The position numbers were made by a program, and so were the translations under genes. A stretch of 63,273 nucleotides of DNA, counting the filler, from Octopus bimaculoides (taxonomy: Eukaryota): assembly GCF_001194135.2 (NCBI RefSeq). It is 6 parts of 6 records of this genome, joined end to end, with 100 filler letters (N's around TTAATTAATTAA, not from the genome) between each part and the next. Parts side by side here need not be neighbours in the genome. Positions count along the whole stretch, not along the records: positions 1 to 29,010 come from NC_068986.1; 5 more parts are not named here. One strand, written 5' to 3'. Below, one piece after another: positions 11,636 to 24,732 of this stretch; position 1 is the first letter of the stretch; each line of letters begins with the position of its first letter. The notes below the pieces were generated by a model, which was not told where the DNA came from, ran no database searches, and saw only the letters and a program-made list of their open reading frames with translations.

Positions 11636-12948
11636 CGATCATTTATAGACAACACACGAAATGTACAGATTGTAAACACCTTACATAGTATCGTAAGACG
11701 AATACTACAGCCGACACTACAAAGAAACTCTGCTACAGTCGAGCAACACACAGTTATGAAGGCGCCCGCGCAGCTGCACGTAGCTCCGATGAACCCTTCG
11801 GTGACTTATTTCTGTGACTTTTTTCTGTGACCTTTTTCCTGTGACTTCTTCCCCTGACTTTTGTTCCGTGACTTTTTTCTTTGATTCTCTTTAACCTTTT
11901 GAATGGTTATTGTATCAAATCTTTTATAAAGAAATCGATGGCACGATTTCGATGCCATTTCATTTAACTTATGCACATAGACGTCACTTAAAGAAAATGC
12001 ATGAACATCACGTTTCCTTCTTTCCTAGAATAAAAGATAAAAACCAATATTTAATGTAGCATGTGGCTTCATCAAATTCCATTGATTACTTAAAGCTACA
12101 GAAGTACTTCTGGCTTAAAGCTACATATAATATTTCCCTAGTCGTTACCCAAGCAGAACTTTTATCTAACCAATAATTAACATTTCTTCCGATTTTCTTG
12201 ATGCGTGTAAGACGACGACGAAACTTTCTCCATCGGCCACAAAGATTGCAAAGAAACATTTAGGACAATAAATACAAAGACACAGGGCGGTGAGGATTTA
12301 CATGAACACGTCAAAATTTTCCCAATACGGAGAAGTACCGCCCAGGGGTAACTAAGAAACATCATAGATCCTTGATCACTTCTACCACCAAAGGCACTGC
12401 TGAGAGGTATCCCATCTGTTCTCCTTATTCTATAGACGCTAGCTTAAAGCTGGCTCCCTCGTTTAGGCCCTCTTTCGCTTTGGGCTTAGAGTGTTCACTT
12501 GGGATGAAGTTGTAATTTAGGCCCTTACCTTTAATGTGATATCGAAAACCGAAAACTTTTGCACCAATTTGAAATGACTGGTTGCCGGGGCATACCACTA
12601 CAATCTTTGATGGCTCAAGTATGCAAATGTATGATAAACATTCTATTATGCTCAGCTTCTTATAAAAATTAATTGTATTTTGCTATTTTCAGCAAATTTA
12701 CTGTTTCATGTTTATTCAAAAAGATCATTATCTTCTGGATCGATGAATTAAATTCATTTTTAATAACATTTTAATTGCAATTCCTGTAATTAATTTTTGT
12801 AAATCTAGATATCCCGTTTCCAGGTTACTTGGATGTAGTAAAGCATTTTAAAAAGAGACAATGATTTCTGTTTAGCTGCGATACAGAGGCAAAAGATCCA
12901 CAGGCTCAGCCTTGATTTAAGAAAAGAGATATGAACGTGTGACACTAA

Positions 12949-13076
12949 CAGTGGTGTAACTGGAGTATATCACTCGGGGCAGCCATCGAGCGCCTCCTCC
13001 GGGCCCCAAGCCTATACAGGCTTATATAGTAGATCCAAAAGTGCCAACCCCATTGCCCCTCCTAGCTACATTCCTG
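12949..13076. mobile_element. Small hAT-like MITE (128 bp)
   Basis: Ends CAGTGGTGTAACTGG and CCTAGCTACATTCCTG; flanks gacactaa and ggtactaa (6/8 match). Confidence 0.5.
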
Positions 13077-13167
13077 GGTACTAATAGTCAGCGAAAGCTT
13101 CAAAATCTGCATTATTTTTATCCAGTTACATACATACATACATACATACATGCATACATACATACAT

Positions 13168-13240
<73 letters not shown>

Positions 13241-13762
13241 ACAAAACAAAGCTTGTACACGAAAAGGTTTCATAGATTGATAAATTCTGATTATGCAGAC
13301 AGAAATGGCTAAAAAAAAAATAAATAAAAACATTGAGAAAACGACAATCCTTAAATCTCTCAGCAGACGTAACAAAAATGTTCTTACTCAACAATAGATC
13401 AGTAATGTCTGTAAAGATGAAAACCAGTATTTCAGCTTTCTGATCCAGTGATAATGACTTTTTAAATTATGTCAGTTTGGTTTGGTTTATTACTTCATTT
13501 CCTCTATGATTTTCAGACACGATTTTACACATGTTCGCCCTTGTTATTTTCGTCTCGTTACCATTATATTTTTGTCTTTTGAATGACAAGTTTGAATGAC
13601 GTTTAACTTACTGCATATAGACTTTTATTTGGTAGTACGTATATCCATTAACATGGTTTGAGAAGTGGGTTTTAACTATTATGTACGTGTGGTTAGATGT
13701 ATATGAGAGTGAATGAGCGTCTGTGTGTGCGTATGTGTGCGTATGTGTGTGTGTGTGTGTGT

Positions 13763-13794
<32 letters not shown>

Positions 13795-14629
13795 CCTTAA
13801 TATGTTCTTGTTTTAGCTCATCATCTTCCAGAACACCCAACTGCTAGAGCCTGCAGTCAGTTCAAAGCGTTTATGTACGTCTATACATGTAGAGAATACA
13901 ATAGCTCTCTCAAACTACATAATTTCTTGTCAGTAGAAGAAAAGAAAAAAAGATTAAAATAATAATAATAATAAAGCCAGAAGAAATTAATTTCTCTTCT
14001 ATCTTCGCAGAAGCATTCCTGNNNNNNNNNNNNNNNNNNNNNNNNNNNNNNNNNNNNNNNNNNNNNNNNNNNNNNNNNNNNNNNNNNNNNNNNNNNNNNN
14101 NNNNNNNNNNNNNNNNNNNNNNNNNNNNNNNNNNNNNNNNNNNNNNNNNNNNNNNNNNNNNNNNNNNNNNNNNNNNNNNNNNNNNNNNNNNNNNNNNNNN
14201 NNNNNNNNNNNNNNNNNNNNNNNNNNNNNNNNNNNNNNNNNNNNNNNNNNNNNNNNNNNNNNNNNNNNNNNNNNNNNNNNNNNNNNNNNNNNNNNNNNNN
14301 NNNNNNNNNNNNNNNNNNNNNNNNNNNNNNNNNNNNNNNNNNNNNNNNNNNNNNNNNNNNNNNNNNNNNNNNNNNNNNNNNNNNNNNNNNNNNNNNNNNN
14401 NNNNNNNNNNNNNNNNNNNNNNNNNNNNNNNNNNNNNNNNNNNNNNNNNNNNNNNNNNNNNNNNNNNNNNNNNNNNNNNNNNNNNNNNNNNNNNNNNNNN
14501 NNNNNNNNNNNNNNNNNNNNNNNNNNNNNNNNNNNNNNNNNNNNNNNNNNNNNNNNNNNNNNNNNNNNNNNNNNNNNNNNNNNNNNNNNNNNNNNNNNNN
14601 NNNNNNNNNNNNNNNNNNNNNNNNNNNNN

Positions 14630-14666
<37 letters not shown>

Positions 14667-15155
14667 ACATACATACATACATACATACATACATACATAC
14701 ATACATACATACATACATACATACATACATACGTGCATACACAGTATATAGCTTTCTCTAAGCATCAGTGTGGTCCTGTCTGTTACGTTCTCGTTGATGG
14801 AACTTAAATCTTTCAATATTTCTATATATCATCTACTTTCCGTATATAGACCCCTCACCACCACTAACTCATTATCCGCCACTGCTCAACTTCTCTATTA
14901 CGTTCCACCTCCACACATCTTATCATATATGCAGTTTCGCACATCTTCTCTCTTTGTTTCTTGACTATAAACTATAAGTGTTAATTTTTCTTGATATATC
15001 TTTCCAACGTCATCCCTCCCGCCACTGCAGTCACTTTTCTCCATCGTTATATGCTTTCTAGCTATACCTTTTAACATAGAATAGATACATCTACATTTCC
15101 CATCTTCCTTTTTAGCTCTTCCTTTCAGTATACATGCCTACGTACGTACGTTCGC

Positions 15156-15186
<31 letters not shown>

Positions 15187-15344
15187 TGTATGTATGTATG
15201 TATGTATGTGTGTGTGAGTTTGTGTTTGTCTTCCATGGTATTTGGAACGGCGTAGCTTTTGATGATATATTTAAATGAGGAATTTTAATGATTAATTTAC
15301 ATCGACACACATACACACACACACATACATGTACACGCATATAA

Positions 15345-15385
<41 letters not shown>

Positions 15386-15781
15386 GACACACACACATAT
15401 ATATACACACACACATAGTATATAAATATGCATAAGCATATACATATATAGCTATATCTGTATATGTATATATGTATAGCATATATAACACATACATACT
15501 TGCATGTTTGTCTTCAAACGACGTAGCCACTTAATGAATCTTTTTCCAAATTTTGTAGGGAGGTCCACATACAACCAAGAATAATGCATAAATAAAAAAT
15601 CCTGGGTCCGAGAACTCTTTTCGGGATACAATAGGCATACGAAAAAACAAGAGATGTAGAAAAACTGAGAGTTGTCAATGAGTAGTAATAGTAGTAGGAG
15701 CGTCAGTGTGAGGTGTCACGTCAAACTATTCAAATTACTTCTTTAATCTGTCTTCAATCTCTCTCTCTCTCTCCCTCTCTC

Positions 15782-15844
<63 letters not shown>

Positions 15845-16004
15845 AACACACACACACACACATACGTTCTAACTTATTTCTCATAGTGTGTATATTAGCA
15901 AGCTCGCTTGCTATGCTACAATGGGGAAACATCTATAGAATTGATTTGCCTTCTGCAAGAAGTTGCAGGAACATGACGAATAATTCTTTCCAGTTTCCGT
16001 ACAA

Positions 16005-16135
16005 GACCAGCGATTTTGTGGAGAAGAGGAAGTCGATTACATCGATTCTAGTACTCAACTGATAGTTATTTTATTGACCCCGAAAAGATAAAAGGCAAAG
16101 TCGATCTTGAGGGCATTTGAACTCAGAGCTTAAGG
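16005..16135 (-). mobile_element. SINE family A, 3' portion
   Basis: aagtcgattacatcga...gaccccgaaaagataaaaggcaaagtcga...atttgaactcag. Confidence 0.75.
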
Positions 16136-16851
16136 AACCGTCTTATGAACACGACGAATAATAGCTAATCAATGAACTTTACTAATCCTCTCAAATATCG
16201 TATATGCCGGCATGTAAGCCGATCGGCGTATAGGCCGAAGTGAATTTTTTTTGGCGGGAGTCAAAAGCATTAGTTTTTAATATTACTGGCGTATAAGCCG
16301 AAGGTATTGTATAGCAATAACCGATCAATTTCAAGAATAATTTCAGATTAAGACACCTGAACCAACTTCAACAGAATCTTCGCAAATTTACAGTTAAGTG
16401 GATGTATTTATCTTCGAAATCAAGGGGAAACCCATAGAATTTCAATGACGTAATGTTGTTGTAGGGAATTACTAATAATGGTACGCCCCTCCCACGTGAC
16501 GAGTGGAATGAGTTCTCTATAAATAAGGTGACGTCCGCCAGAATGGAGAGAGTGCATATTAGACTGTATTGATAGTCGTGTCTGTATTGATATAGTAATT
16601 ATACTGTGATACTGAGTGGACGTTATAACGATCCAACCTTTTGAGGATAATAACACTGTACGACTGGGGACCGTACAGTGCTAGATAGAAACATTCTATC
16701 GACGACTTCAGAATATAGCAATATTCGTCAGAGCGACAGCCGTCATACAAAGACAGATACAACAGTGGCAAAAGACCGTCTTATAACACATGTAAAGCCA
16801 AATGTAGAACTACCTATTGTTGTATTGAAGTGCTATTAAGGTTATTATTAA

Positions 16852-17622
16852 ACTAATAGCGGGACCCGCGAAAATTCCATGGAACGAAAAAAATTAAGAT
16901 GAGCTATTTTAAGAAAGGAAGGATGATTTACATTTTTATTGTATTTAAATCTTTTTGTTGCCTGTGCAATAAATGGCAGAAAATTATACAGTAACAATCT
17001 ATACAACACTTAATACACATATCATTCGTTAGTATTTAATTCTGTTGAAACTGCAAGATCAATATATAATTGCATATTTCTTATTACGCAATATTTTATC
17101 ATAATTACTTTACATTATATACAATTAATGTACACAGAACGATATAGAGAGTATGCACAATGTTTTTATTTACATGATTAGTTTCAATTCTATTGCAAAT
17201 TTAAAAAAAACAAAACATTTACGGCTATTTTTGCTAAGTCACAATAGTATATTATATGATTTTAAAATCCCCAGTCACAATAATATATTAAATGATTTTA
17301 AAATTTCCCTTTGCTAAACACTCTACATTTCTCCCTTCCTCTCTTTTTTTTCTCTCTACCTTTTTAACAAACATTTTTTTTTACCATGTTATTCCCCTCT
17401 TCACGTGGTTAACAGTTGTCTCTTTTTCTCATCTCTCACTTTCACTAACTATGTAACAACGTGTTAGTGGAAGTGGCTATCTGCTATCTCACTCACTATC
17501 CCCCTCTCTCTCACTCTCCGTCCCTCTGTCACTCTCACTCCACATCTCGCTCAATCCACCTCACCTTCTCTCTTACAAACTAATTCACGTGTGAACAAAT
17601 GAACAAGCAGAATTATAATATA
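16852..17622 (-). mobile_element. Putative non-autonomous Helitron-like element
   Basis: Minus-strand 3' end gcgggtcccgc hairpin + TTAG before T; other end aacaaatgaacaagcagaattataatata; internal CT-rich tract. Confidence 0.4.
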
Positions 17623-17869
17623 AAGGCGATGAGGTGACAAATTCGCTAACACGCCGGACACAATACTTAGTAGAAAGGATTATTAAATTATGAATTGAAT
17701 AACTAGAAATAAATATACTATCTTAAATTTAAACTGAGGTAATTACTGTCGGCATTTCAATAAATTTCAGCAAACGACTCCTTCTTGTTATTAATAGTTT
17801 ATTGTAATAACAAATAAAACGTAATGACTTGTTTAGTACCATTGACTAGGACTAGGACTTTGAATCGGT

Positions 17870-19670
17870 GAGTACTGCCCAGGTAGATCAAAACTAAAGA
17901 CTGGGAACTTTTCTGTTTGACTGCACCTGTAGAAAATTTAAAGTTTAGCGAAAATTTTAAAATTTGGTGTATTGATATAATTTTCCATGCTGAATCTCAG
18001 GAGATAATTCACTTTTTCCAGAAATTAAAAAAAAGTTACAGATGTTTAAAGTTTGATCATTTTTGACCAGTCCGAAAACAGGGATTTGGAAGCTGTCATT
18101 TTGTGCGTGACAGCACGTATTGTCAATTAAATAAATGAAATATTGGTGGAATTCAGCTTTACGCGCGCCATATAACTCCTCATACGTTTTTTATATTTGG
18201 AATTTTCAGAAATTTTTTGTGAATTTGTAATTCTACACTTGGGAATTCGGATCTTTTTGGTTTGACGGGCAACACTTGTTTTCTTAACGAAATACTTTCA
18301 AACTTGGGACACTGGTAGAATGTGTCATACAAGACAACTTTTTCTCTTAGCCTTCTTAACAAAAAATTGTACATCGCAAGTTATTTCATGTTAAAGTTGT
18401 CGTATTTCTGTAATTTCAACCAATCACTGACGTCTATTCAGCTGAATACAGTTAGTGCTCTTTTGTAAACAATAATTTTTTGCCGGTGATAAAAATGTTA
18501 TTCCCTGTGACATATTTCATCCAGTTTTTTGGTTTGTTTTCTTTTGAAGCAGACAAAATTACAGAAAAATCGTAATTTATACGCATATATTGTTTATATA
18601 ATAAATTACGCTGTGCGTATCTGTGTTTGTAACAATTTTTCGCTAGTACTCAGTAACACATTTTCTAAATGATGGTAGAGTTTGATTTGAAGAAGAACTA
18701 GAGTTCGGGTTTTAGAGTGAGGGTTAGTTTTAGGGTTACGGTTAGGGTTATGATTATTTTTGCCATAACCTCACTCATAACCCAAACCCTAACCCTAAAA
18801 CCCTACAACTCATAACCATAACCCTAACCCTAACCCCAACCCTAACCCTAACTTTAAAACCGGAACCCTAACCCTAAACTAGAGTTTGATTTGAAGAAGA
18901 TTTGGCTGCTATTTCTAGGAAATGAAGCACTTGGTGGAGGTGCATTAATAATTCTGCCAGCTCCAATAACAAGTGCAGGCAATATTCAAGTATTTTGATG
19001 GCTTTTTCCCCTTTGTTTACGAACAGTCTAGTTAATCGGAAATGTCAGAACTAACAGCTATTAATACCATATACACCGCCACAACAGTAACTGTATTCAA
19101 CTGAATAGATGTCAGTGATTGGTTGAAATTATCGAAATAAGACAATTTTTAACATGAAATAACTTCGAATACAAAATTCTTTATCTGTTCTATAACACAA
19201 AATATACAAGTATACGAAGTTTGAAAGTGTTTCGGTACCAAAAACACTACATAAAACATAAATGAAAAATGTTGCCCGTCAAACCAAAAAGATCCGGGAA
19301 TTCAAACGATTATGCAAAAGAAGAAAGAAAGAAAGCGCGTGATTTAAGGCCTATTTAGCTGTTGTTTTTAGCACATTACAGACCGCATGTGTTTTAAGCA
19401 TTTAATAAGCGACAAAAAGAACACGCGGTAAGCAGCTTGGTACCAGCTTGGCTTGCTACTATGGAAACAGGCACCTATATGTCTGTGGCTTTCGATTGGT
19501 CAAAATTACCTCAAATTTGCAAACTTTAAAAGCAATTAACTTTTTATTGAGTTAAGGCGGAAATGAATTTCATGTCAAATTACTTTACAAAACTTCACCA
19601 ATACACCAAATGTGAAATCAATTGGGACAAAAATTGAAGAAATTGAAAAATAGCGGCCAAGCAAAAAAGA
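17870..19670. mobile_element. Large imperfect-TIR MITE related to 10676-11635; ends approximate
   Basis: 18245-18445 and 19085-19305 are inverted (ggatctttttggtttgacgggcaac / gttgcccgtcaaaccaaaaagatcc); shares the aagttatttcatgttaaagttgtcgtattt motif. Confidence 0.65.
18697..18879. repeat. Degenerate telomere-like array, (TTAGGG)-like then (CCCTAA)-like, head-to-head
   Basis: tagggttacggttagggtta...taaccctaaccctaaccccaaccctaaccctaac; flanked by a 21-bp direct repeat. Confidence 0.85.
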
Positions 19671-19799
19671 TTCAAAGATTGTATTGTGTATTGGTAATTA
19701 AACTGTCTTGTCCCTTTCTTGTATCACCTAACTGTCTGGATATTTTGCGTTCTTGTCCCATTTTGTATATGTATACATACATATTTGAGTGTATGTCTT

Positions 19800-20015
19800 T
19801 GTGCCTGTGCTTGTCTCCTACTACTGCTTGACGACCAGTGTTGGTGTGTTTGCATCTCCATAACTTAGTGGTTTGGCAAAAGTGGCCGATAGAATAAGTA
19901 CCAGGCTTAACAAAAAATAAGTGCTGGGGTCGATTCATTTCACTAAAAGTTCTTCAAGGCGGCTCCCGAGCATAGCCGCAGTCTAACGACTGAAATAAGT
20001 GAAGGATAAAAGATA
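19800..20015 (+). mobile_element. SINE family B tail
   Basis: ctactgcttgacgaccagtgttgg...gccgatagaataagtacc...gctggggtcgattc. Confidence 0.7.
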
Positions 20016-20934
20016 TACTAGAAATTTAATGCCAAGTAATGACAGTTGTTCAGGAATTGTTAAATAATTGTTTATCAGTTGTTGGATGAATTCCTGCATG
20101 CGGTCGCAGTTAGAACGCCTGCTGTGTCTCTTCATGCTGGCCACAACTTCGTAGTCTCCGTTGCAGTGTTCCGTTTCATGTCTTACAATCTTTGTAGTCT
20201 TCATAGAGTATTGAACAGCAGTCGTGATGTTGTTATCTTGACACCCGGCGTGAATCCTCACGATACATTAATTTTTTTTTAATATTCAGATGGCTTCCAG
20301 TCTACCATGTCAACTAATTTTTCCTTAATTACAACTTTAATCTTTGTACTCACCAATACACCAAGCTTTCCCGAATAAAAAAAAAGGTGATATGAAAGAT
20401 CACTAAGTTAAGCCTGAGCACACTGGATATTGATTTGTACATATATAATATCCTTAAGAAACTAAATAAAAAGCAACAGATTTTAAAAATAACTTTGTAT
20501 TTGACTTAAAAACATTAAAACGAGAGTTGTTGAGATAAGCGGTCTTTTGGACGGTAGCATTCTTGTCGCTCCTATTAGTTGATTATTAATTTTCTTATAT
20601 AAGACGGCGCACCAAATCATTTTCTTTAGGTTAAAAGCAAATAACAAAAGAATCCCGAGAACAATCCATGCATGACCAGCAAATGAACCAAGGTAACTTT
20701 TTCAATCTGGGATCAATTTTTCAGCTTATATGCTGGCATATACGGTATATAATACGAAACTTCGTTTAAAGCTAGTTATTTCGAAAGCATGCAAACTCAA
20801 ATCATAAAATATATAAAATTACTGGCCTTGTGCAAACTCAAATCATAAAATATATAAAATTACTGGCCTTGTGCCAAAATTCGAAATCATTATTATTAGT
20901 ATCCTGATACAATTTATTGTGATGCTATTATTAG

Positions 20935-21095
20935 GTGTGCAAGTCTTTACGTTCTGAGTTCAAATTCCGCCGAGATCGACTTTATCTTTCATCCTTTCAT
21001 GGTCGATAAATTAAGTACCAGTGAAACACTGGGGTCGACTAGTCCCTCTCCTAAATTTTCAGGCTTTGTGCCTTTAGTAGAAAGGATTATTAAGT
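20935..21095 (+). mobile_element. SINE family A, 5'-truncated
   Basis: tacgttctgagttcaaattccgccgagatcgacttt...cactggggtcgactag. Confidence 0.8.
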
Positions 21096-21322
21096 GTGTA
21101 GGGGTTTCACAGATGGGCAGAAATGTATTTCATTGACAAATGGCCAAGTTGAAATCCTACTAGTATGCTTGACGTTGAAAATATTTACTATATTTAGTTC
21201 AGCAGACAACAGATATTCCAAGACATCATCTGTGCGTGTGGGTACATATTCTATTACGCAAAAGAAATTTATACAGGCTCAAGAGGTCATCAACTGCCTG
21301 GGGTACACACAAACCCAAGTAA

Positions 21323-22518
21323 TGTAGTAGGCGAAGATGACAATGGGCTTTTCGCTTCGTATTGATGCGACCACCGAAAATACAAATTAATGTTATATCC
21401 CTATCTCCCGAGTTGGGTTTTGAAACCGTATTCTGGTTGTTGAGGATAATGGTATTTCCTTTGTCTTGTGAACAAGTACAGCTATTTTTAGCGTAGGAGT
21501 GATCGGTGACCCTTTCCGGTCACCAAAAGTTCAGAAAAACAAGTGAGGAATTGTTCTGGACTGACCCAGCTTTGGGAAGGGGGTAAGGTAGCACTGTAAA
21601 GCTACGGTATTTGTGATAAACAAAGAATTGGCGCGAACGGTTGGCCAGAGGAGTTGACATCAAGCAGTTGGGTACAGGAGTTGGCGTACNNNNNNNNNNN
21701 NNNNNNNNNNNNNNNNNNNNNNNNNNNNNNNNNNNNNNNNNNNNNNNNNNNNNNNNNNNNNNNNNNNNNNNNNNNNNNNNNNNNNNNNNNNNNNNNNNNN
21801 NNNNNNNNNNNNNNNNNNNNNNNNNNNNNNNNNNNNNNNNNNNNNNNNNNNNNNNNNNNNNNNNNNNNNNNNNNNNNNNNNNNNNNNNNNNNNNNNNNNN
21901 NNNNNNNNNNNNNNNNNNNNNNNNNNNNNNNNNNNNNNNNNNNNNNNNNNNNNNNNNNNNNNNNNNNNNNNNNNNNNNNNNNNNNNNNNNNNNNNNNNNN
22001 NNNNNNNNNNNNNNNNNNNNNNNNNNNNNNNNNNNNNNNNNNNNNNNNNNNNNNNNNNNNNNNNNNNNNNNNNNNNNNNNNNNNNNNNNNNNNNNNNNNN
22101 NNNNNNNNNNNNNNNNNNNNNNNNNNNNNNNNNNNNNNNNNNNNNNNNNNNNNNNNNNNNNNNAAAAGAAAACAAAGAAGTAAAAGAACTTTTAATGGAC
22201 TTGATGTACGAACTCTTGATTGTAAACTTGTGATTATGTAATGTTCTGAAACCTTTGCTAAATGTTATTTGAATTGTTATGCAATGTATTGATGATGTAA
22301 TGTTTTATTCTGATGTTTGATGTAAAAAGAAAAAGTTAGTTCCGCTACCCAACGTATGGTCTCCGTGTTATTTCTTCCTCCTCCTTTTGCCTGTTGTTTT
22401 CGTTGCGTGCTCCGGCCGAGGCTTAGTCGTGGCGAGCATACCGACTCACTGAGTGTCGACGTTCGCGCGCGCGTTTTCTCTTCGGTTCGAGGTGCTTCGC
22501 GTGCGGGCGTTCGTAACA
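21323..22518 (-). mobile_element. Probable solo LTR (Gypsy-like), interrupted by gap 21690-22163
   Basis: TG...CA termini (minus strand TGTTACGAACG...CCTACTACA); flanks gtaa and gtat (3/4 match); CpG-rich; AATAAA on the minus strand near 22305. Confidence 0.5.
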
Positions 22519-22996
22519 GTATTATATATATGGAACGGTGTAATTTCTAAAACATCACATTTTAAAGTCATACCTTGGAATATTGTGAAAGAAAAAATAA
22601 TTCATTGTTTTACATTTAAATTGTTTAAATTTCAAAACACTTTTAGATTTTATGCTCCGTAAAATTTATGCTACCGTAAATTTTTATAGTGTTTGAATAT
22701 ATTTCAAATTTTATAAAGATTACCAGTCCGATTCGTAAAACATAACACTTGAATATTTTAGAAGTATAAGCAAATCTAAACACGAACATTATAAGAATAA
22801 GTTATGTTCTATCTTCCACGGTATTTGAAACGGCGTACTAACTTGACTGAGGAATTTAATTAATAACGACAGCGTTTCGTAATATGCATTGTCTATATGT
22901 TTTCTGTGAAACATAATACCGCCTGGTATTGTCACAGAATCTGGTACAGTATATTATGTAAACATGATTAGATATTGATATATATATAAATTTAAA

Positions 22997-23211
22997 GGCG
23001 GAGAGCTGGCAGAATCGTTAGCATGCCGGGGAACAATGCCTAACAGCATTTCGTCCGTCTGAACGTTCTGAGTTCAAATTCCGCCGAGGTCGACTTTGCC
23101 TGCCATCCCTATTGGGGTCGATAAAGTAAGTACCAGTTGAGCACTGGAGTCAATGTAATCGACTTAACTCCTCCCCAGAAATTTCTGGCCTTGTACCAAA
23201 ATTTGAAACCA
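22997..23211 (+). mobile_element. SINE family A monomer (type-2 tail) with TSD
   Basis: Full head ggcggagagctggcagaatcgttagc; flanks atatatataaatttaaa (22980-22996) and atatatgcaaatttaaa (23212-23228). Confidence 0.9.
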
Positions 23212-23334
23212 ATATATGCAAATTTAAATGTGCCGCAACTAAAGAATAAACTATTTTCTGTCTTTCATTGCATTTGAAAGTGTGTGCTGGCTTTTTGAAG
23301 ATATGATTTTTAAATAGGGAACTGTAATAACTTC

Positions 23335-24420
23335 TTTAAATCTTAGAAAACTTCTACACAATATTCATGGCCCAACCTCATTCCAAGATCTTAAAACAGT
23401 TGCTTGGTATGTCGGTACAACATACGCAAAGATGCCCCTTGGATAATAGTACAGACTGGAACAATATGCTGGAAGAGGCTGCAGTCTCACACACTCCAAA
23501 CAAGGTTAGGAACCTCTTTGTTATCACTTTCTGTTACGAACTTATGCTGCAGCTCTCAGAGATTCTCGAAGCATCCAGATGGGACGTTTAGCAACCGGAA
23601 CAATTTGAAGCAACCAGGTAGGACATTCAACAATTGGAGCAATATGAACTTCCCTTGTTTACAGATTGAAAAAATAAAAAACTATACAGGGATAAAAAAA
23701 ATCGGTAACACTGGAATCAGGATGAATAGTTTCTTGTCATATTTCTGATAGAACAGGCAAAACTCATTGATCAAGCAAATTTTGGCTAAAAGTTTATTCA
23801 CTCAAACAGATTGTTATGACAATGACCTCATTTGGGAGTAGCTGTAACTTTGCTCACATGTGACTGGACTGCTCATTCTGCTTTTACGACGCTCCTCAAC
23901 CCTTCACACAGCAGAAACCCTGTGTACAATATAGACAAAGGATCTGGACAAGCAGCAGTCCTGAAGCCAGCCAGCTGATAGTATGTGACGAGTTGCATTT
24001 GAAGATCTTAATTGCACCTCACAAGATCTCCGACGTAACACCAACATTAAAGGTAGAGTCGTAGTCTTGACATCTGGTGATGTTGAGGTAAACTCTAACT
24101 ATCATCCTGAAGAGTACAGCTGCAGGTGAATTGAGAGTGCAACTCAAAGAAACCTATATTCAGCGACGATGAGAAATACCTCATCTTTCCACCAACATAA
24201 GAGTTGCGCTTAACACAGATGACTCAGCAGCTCAGTTTGCAAAAGTTTTACTTCAGCTGAAGTCGATGGCCAGCAACCCACGGACACTGAGAGTGATGTC
24301 AAAATATACCCTCGGTATCGACCAGACAATCAGACGTTGTTATACACTGCTGGTCACAATGCGCCACGCATTGTTTTAGCTTTCGAACAATGCCATCCCG
24401 CTTGTTATGCGGGAAGGTCA
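23335..24420 (+). pseudogene. Helitron RepHel PIF1-type helicase remnant
   Basis: Across frames: LRKLLHNIHGPTSFQDLKTV, WNNMLEEAAVSHTPNKVRNLF, Walker-A-like TGKT, GVAVTLL..WTAHSAF, DKGSGQAAVLK..LIVCDE, LSTNIRV; many frameshifts. Confidence 0.9.
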
Positions 24421-24694
24421 CTATACATACATACATACATACATACATACATACATACATACATACATACATGCATACACACACAATACAAATATATGTA
24501 TGAATACTTATACATATATGTATATGTGTGTATACACACATATACATGTATACATGTATGTTTTGTGTATATGTATTTGTATGTATACATGTAGGTATGT
24601 TTGTGTTTGTGTGTGACTATTATATGCATATATGCAGATACATAAATACACAGACACACAGAGATACACACTCACACACACTCTCACACACACA

Positions 24695-24732
<38 letters not shown>

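Larger units (their letters stand above)
9313..11887. mobile_element. Mutator (MULE)-like non-autonomous element
   Basis: Termini ggtgtccggaaaaaagtcac and gtgacttttttctttgattc, with subterminal aaaagtcac repeats; perfect 8-bp direct repeat tctttaac at 9305-9312 and 11888-11895; spans gap 10091-10624. Confidence 0.7.
16198..20745. mobile_element. Tc1/mariner-superfamily (pogo/Tigger-like) element with nested insertions
   Basis: TIRs tcgtatatgccggcatgtaagccga (16198-16222) and reverse complement of 20721-20745 match 21/25; both flanked by TA; subterminal ggcgtataagccga repeats; no convincing transposase. Confidence 0.65.

Noticed and set aside
12215-12348. Plus-strand AG/GT-bounded open segment DDDETFSIGHKDCKETF...
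   Set aside because: No recognisable domain; such segments arise by chance at this length
18697-18879. Ancestral chromosome end-to-end fusion site
   Set aside because: Too short, embedded in a MITE and flanked by a direct repeat; no subtelomeric context
19983-20261. pogo transposase N-terminus
   Set aside because: Only vague resemblance; no HTH or DDE motif readable
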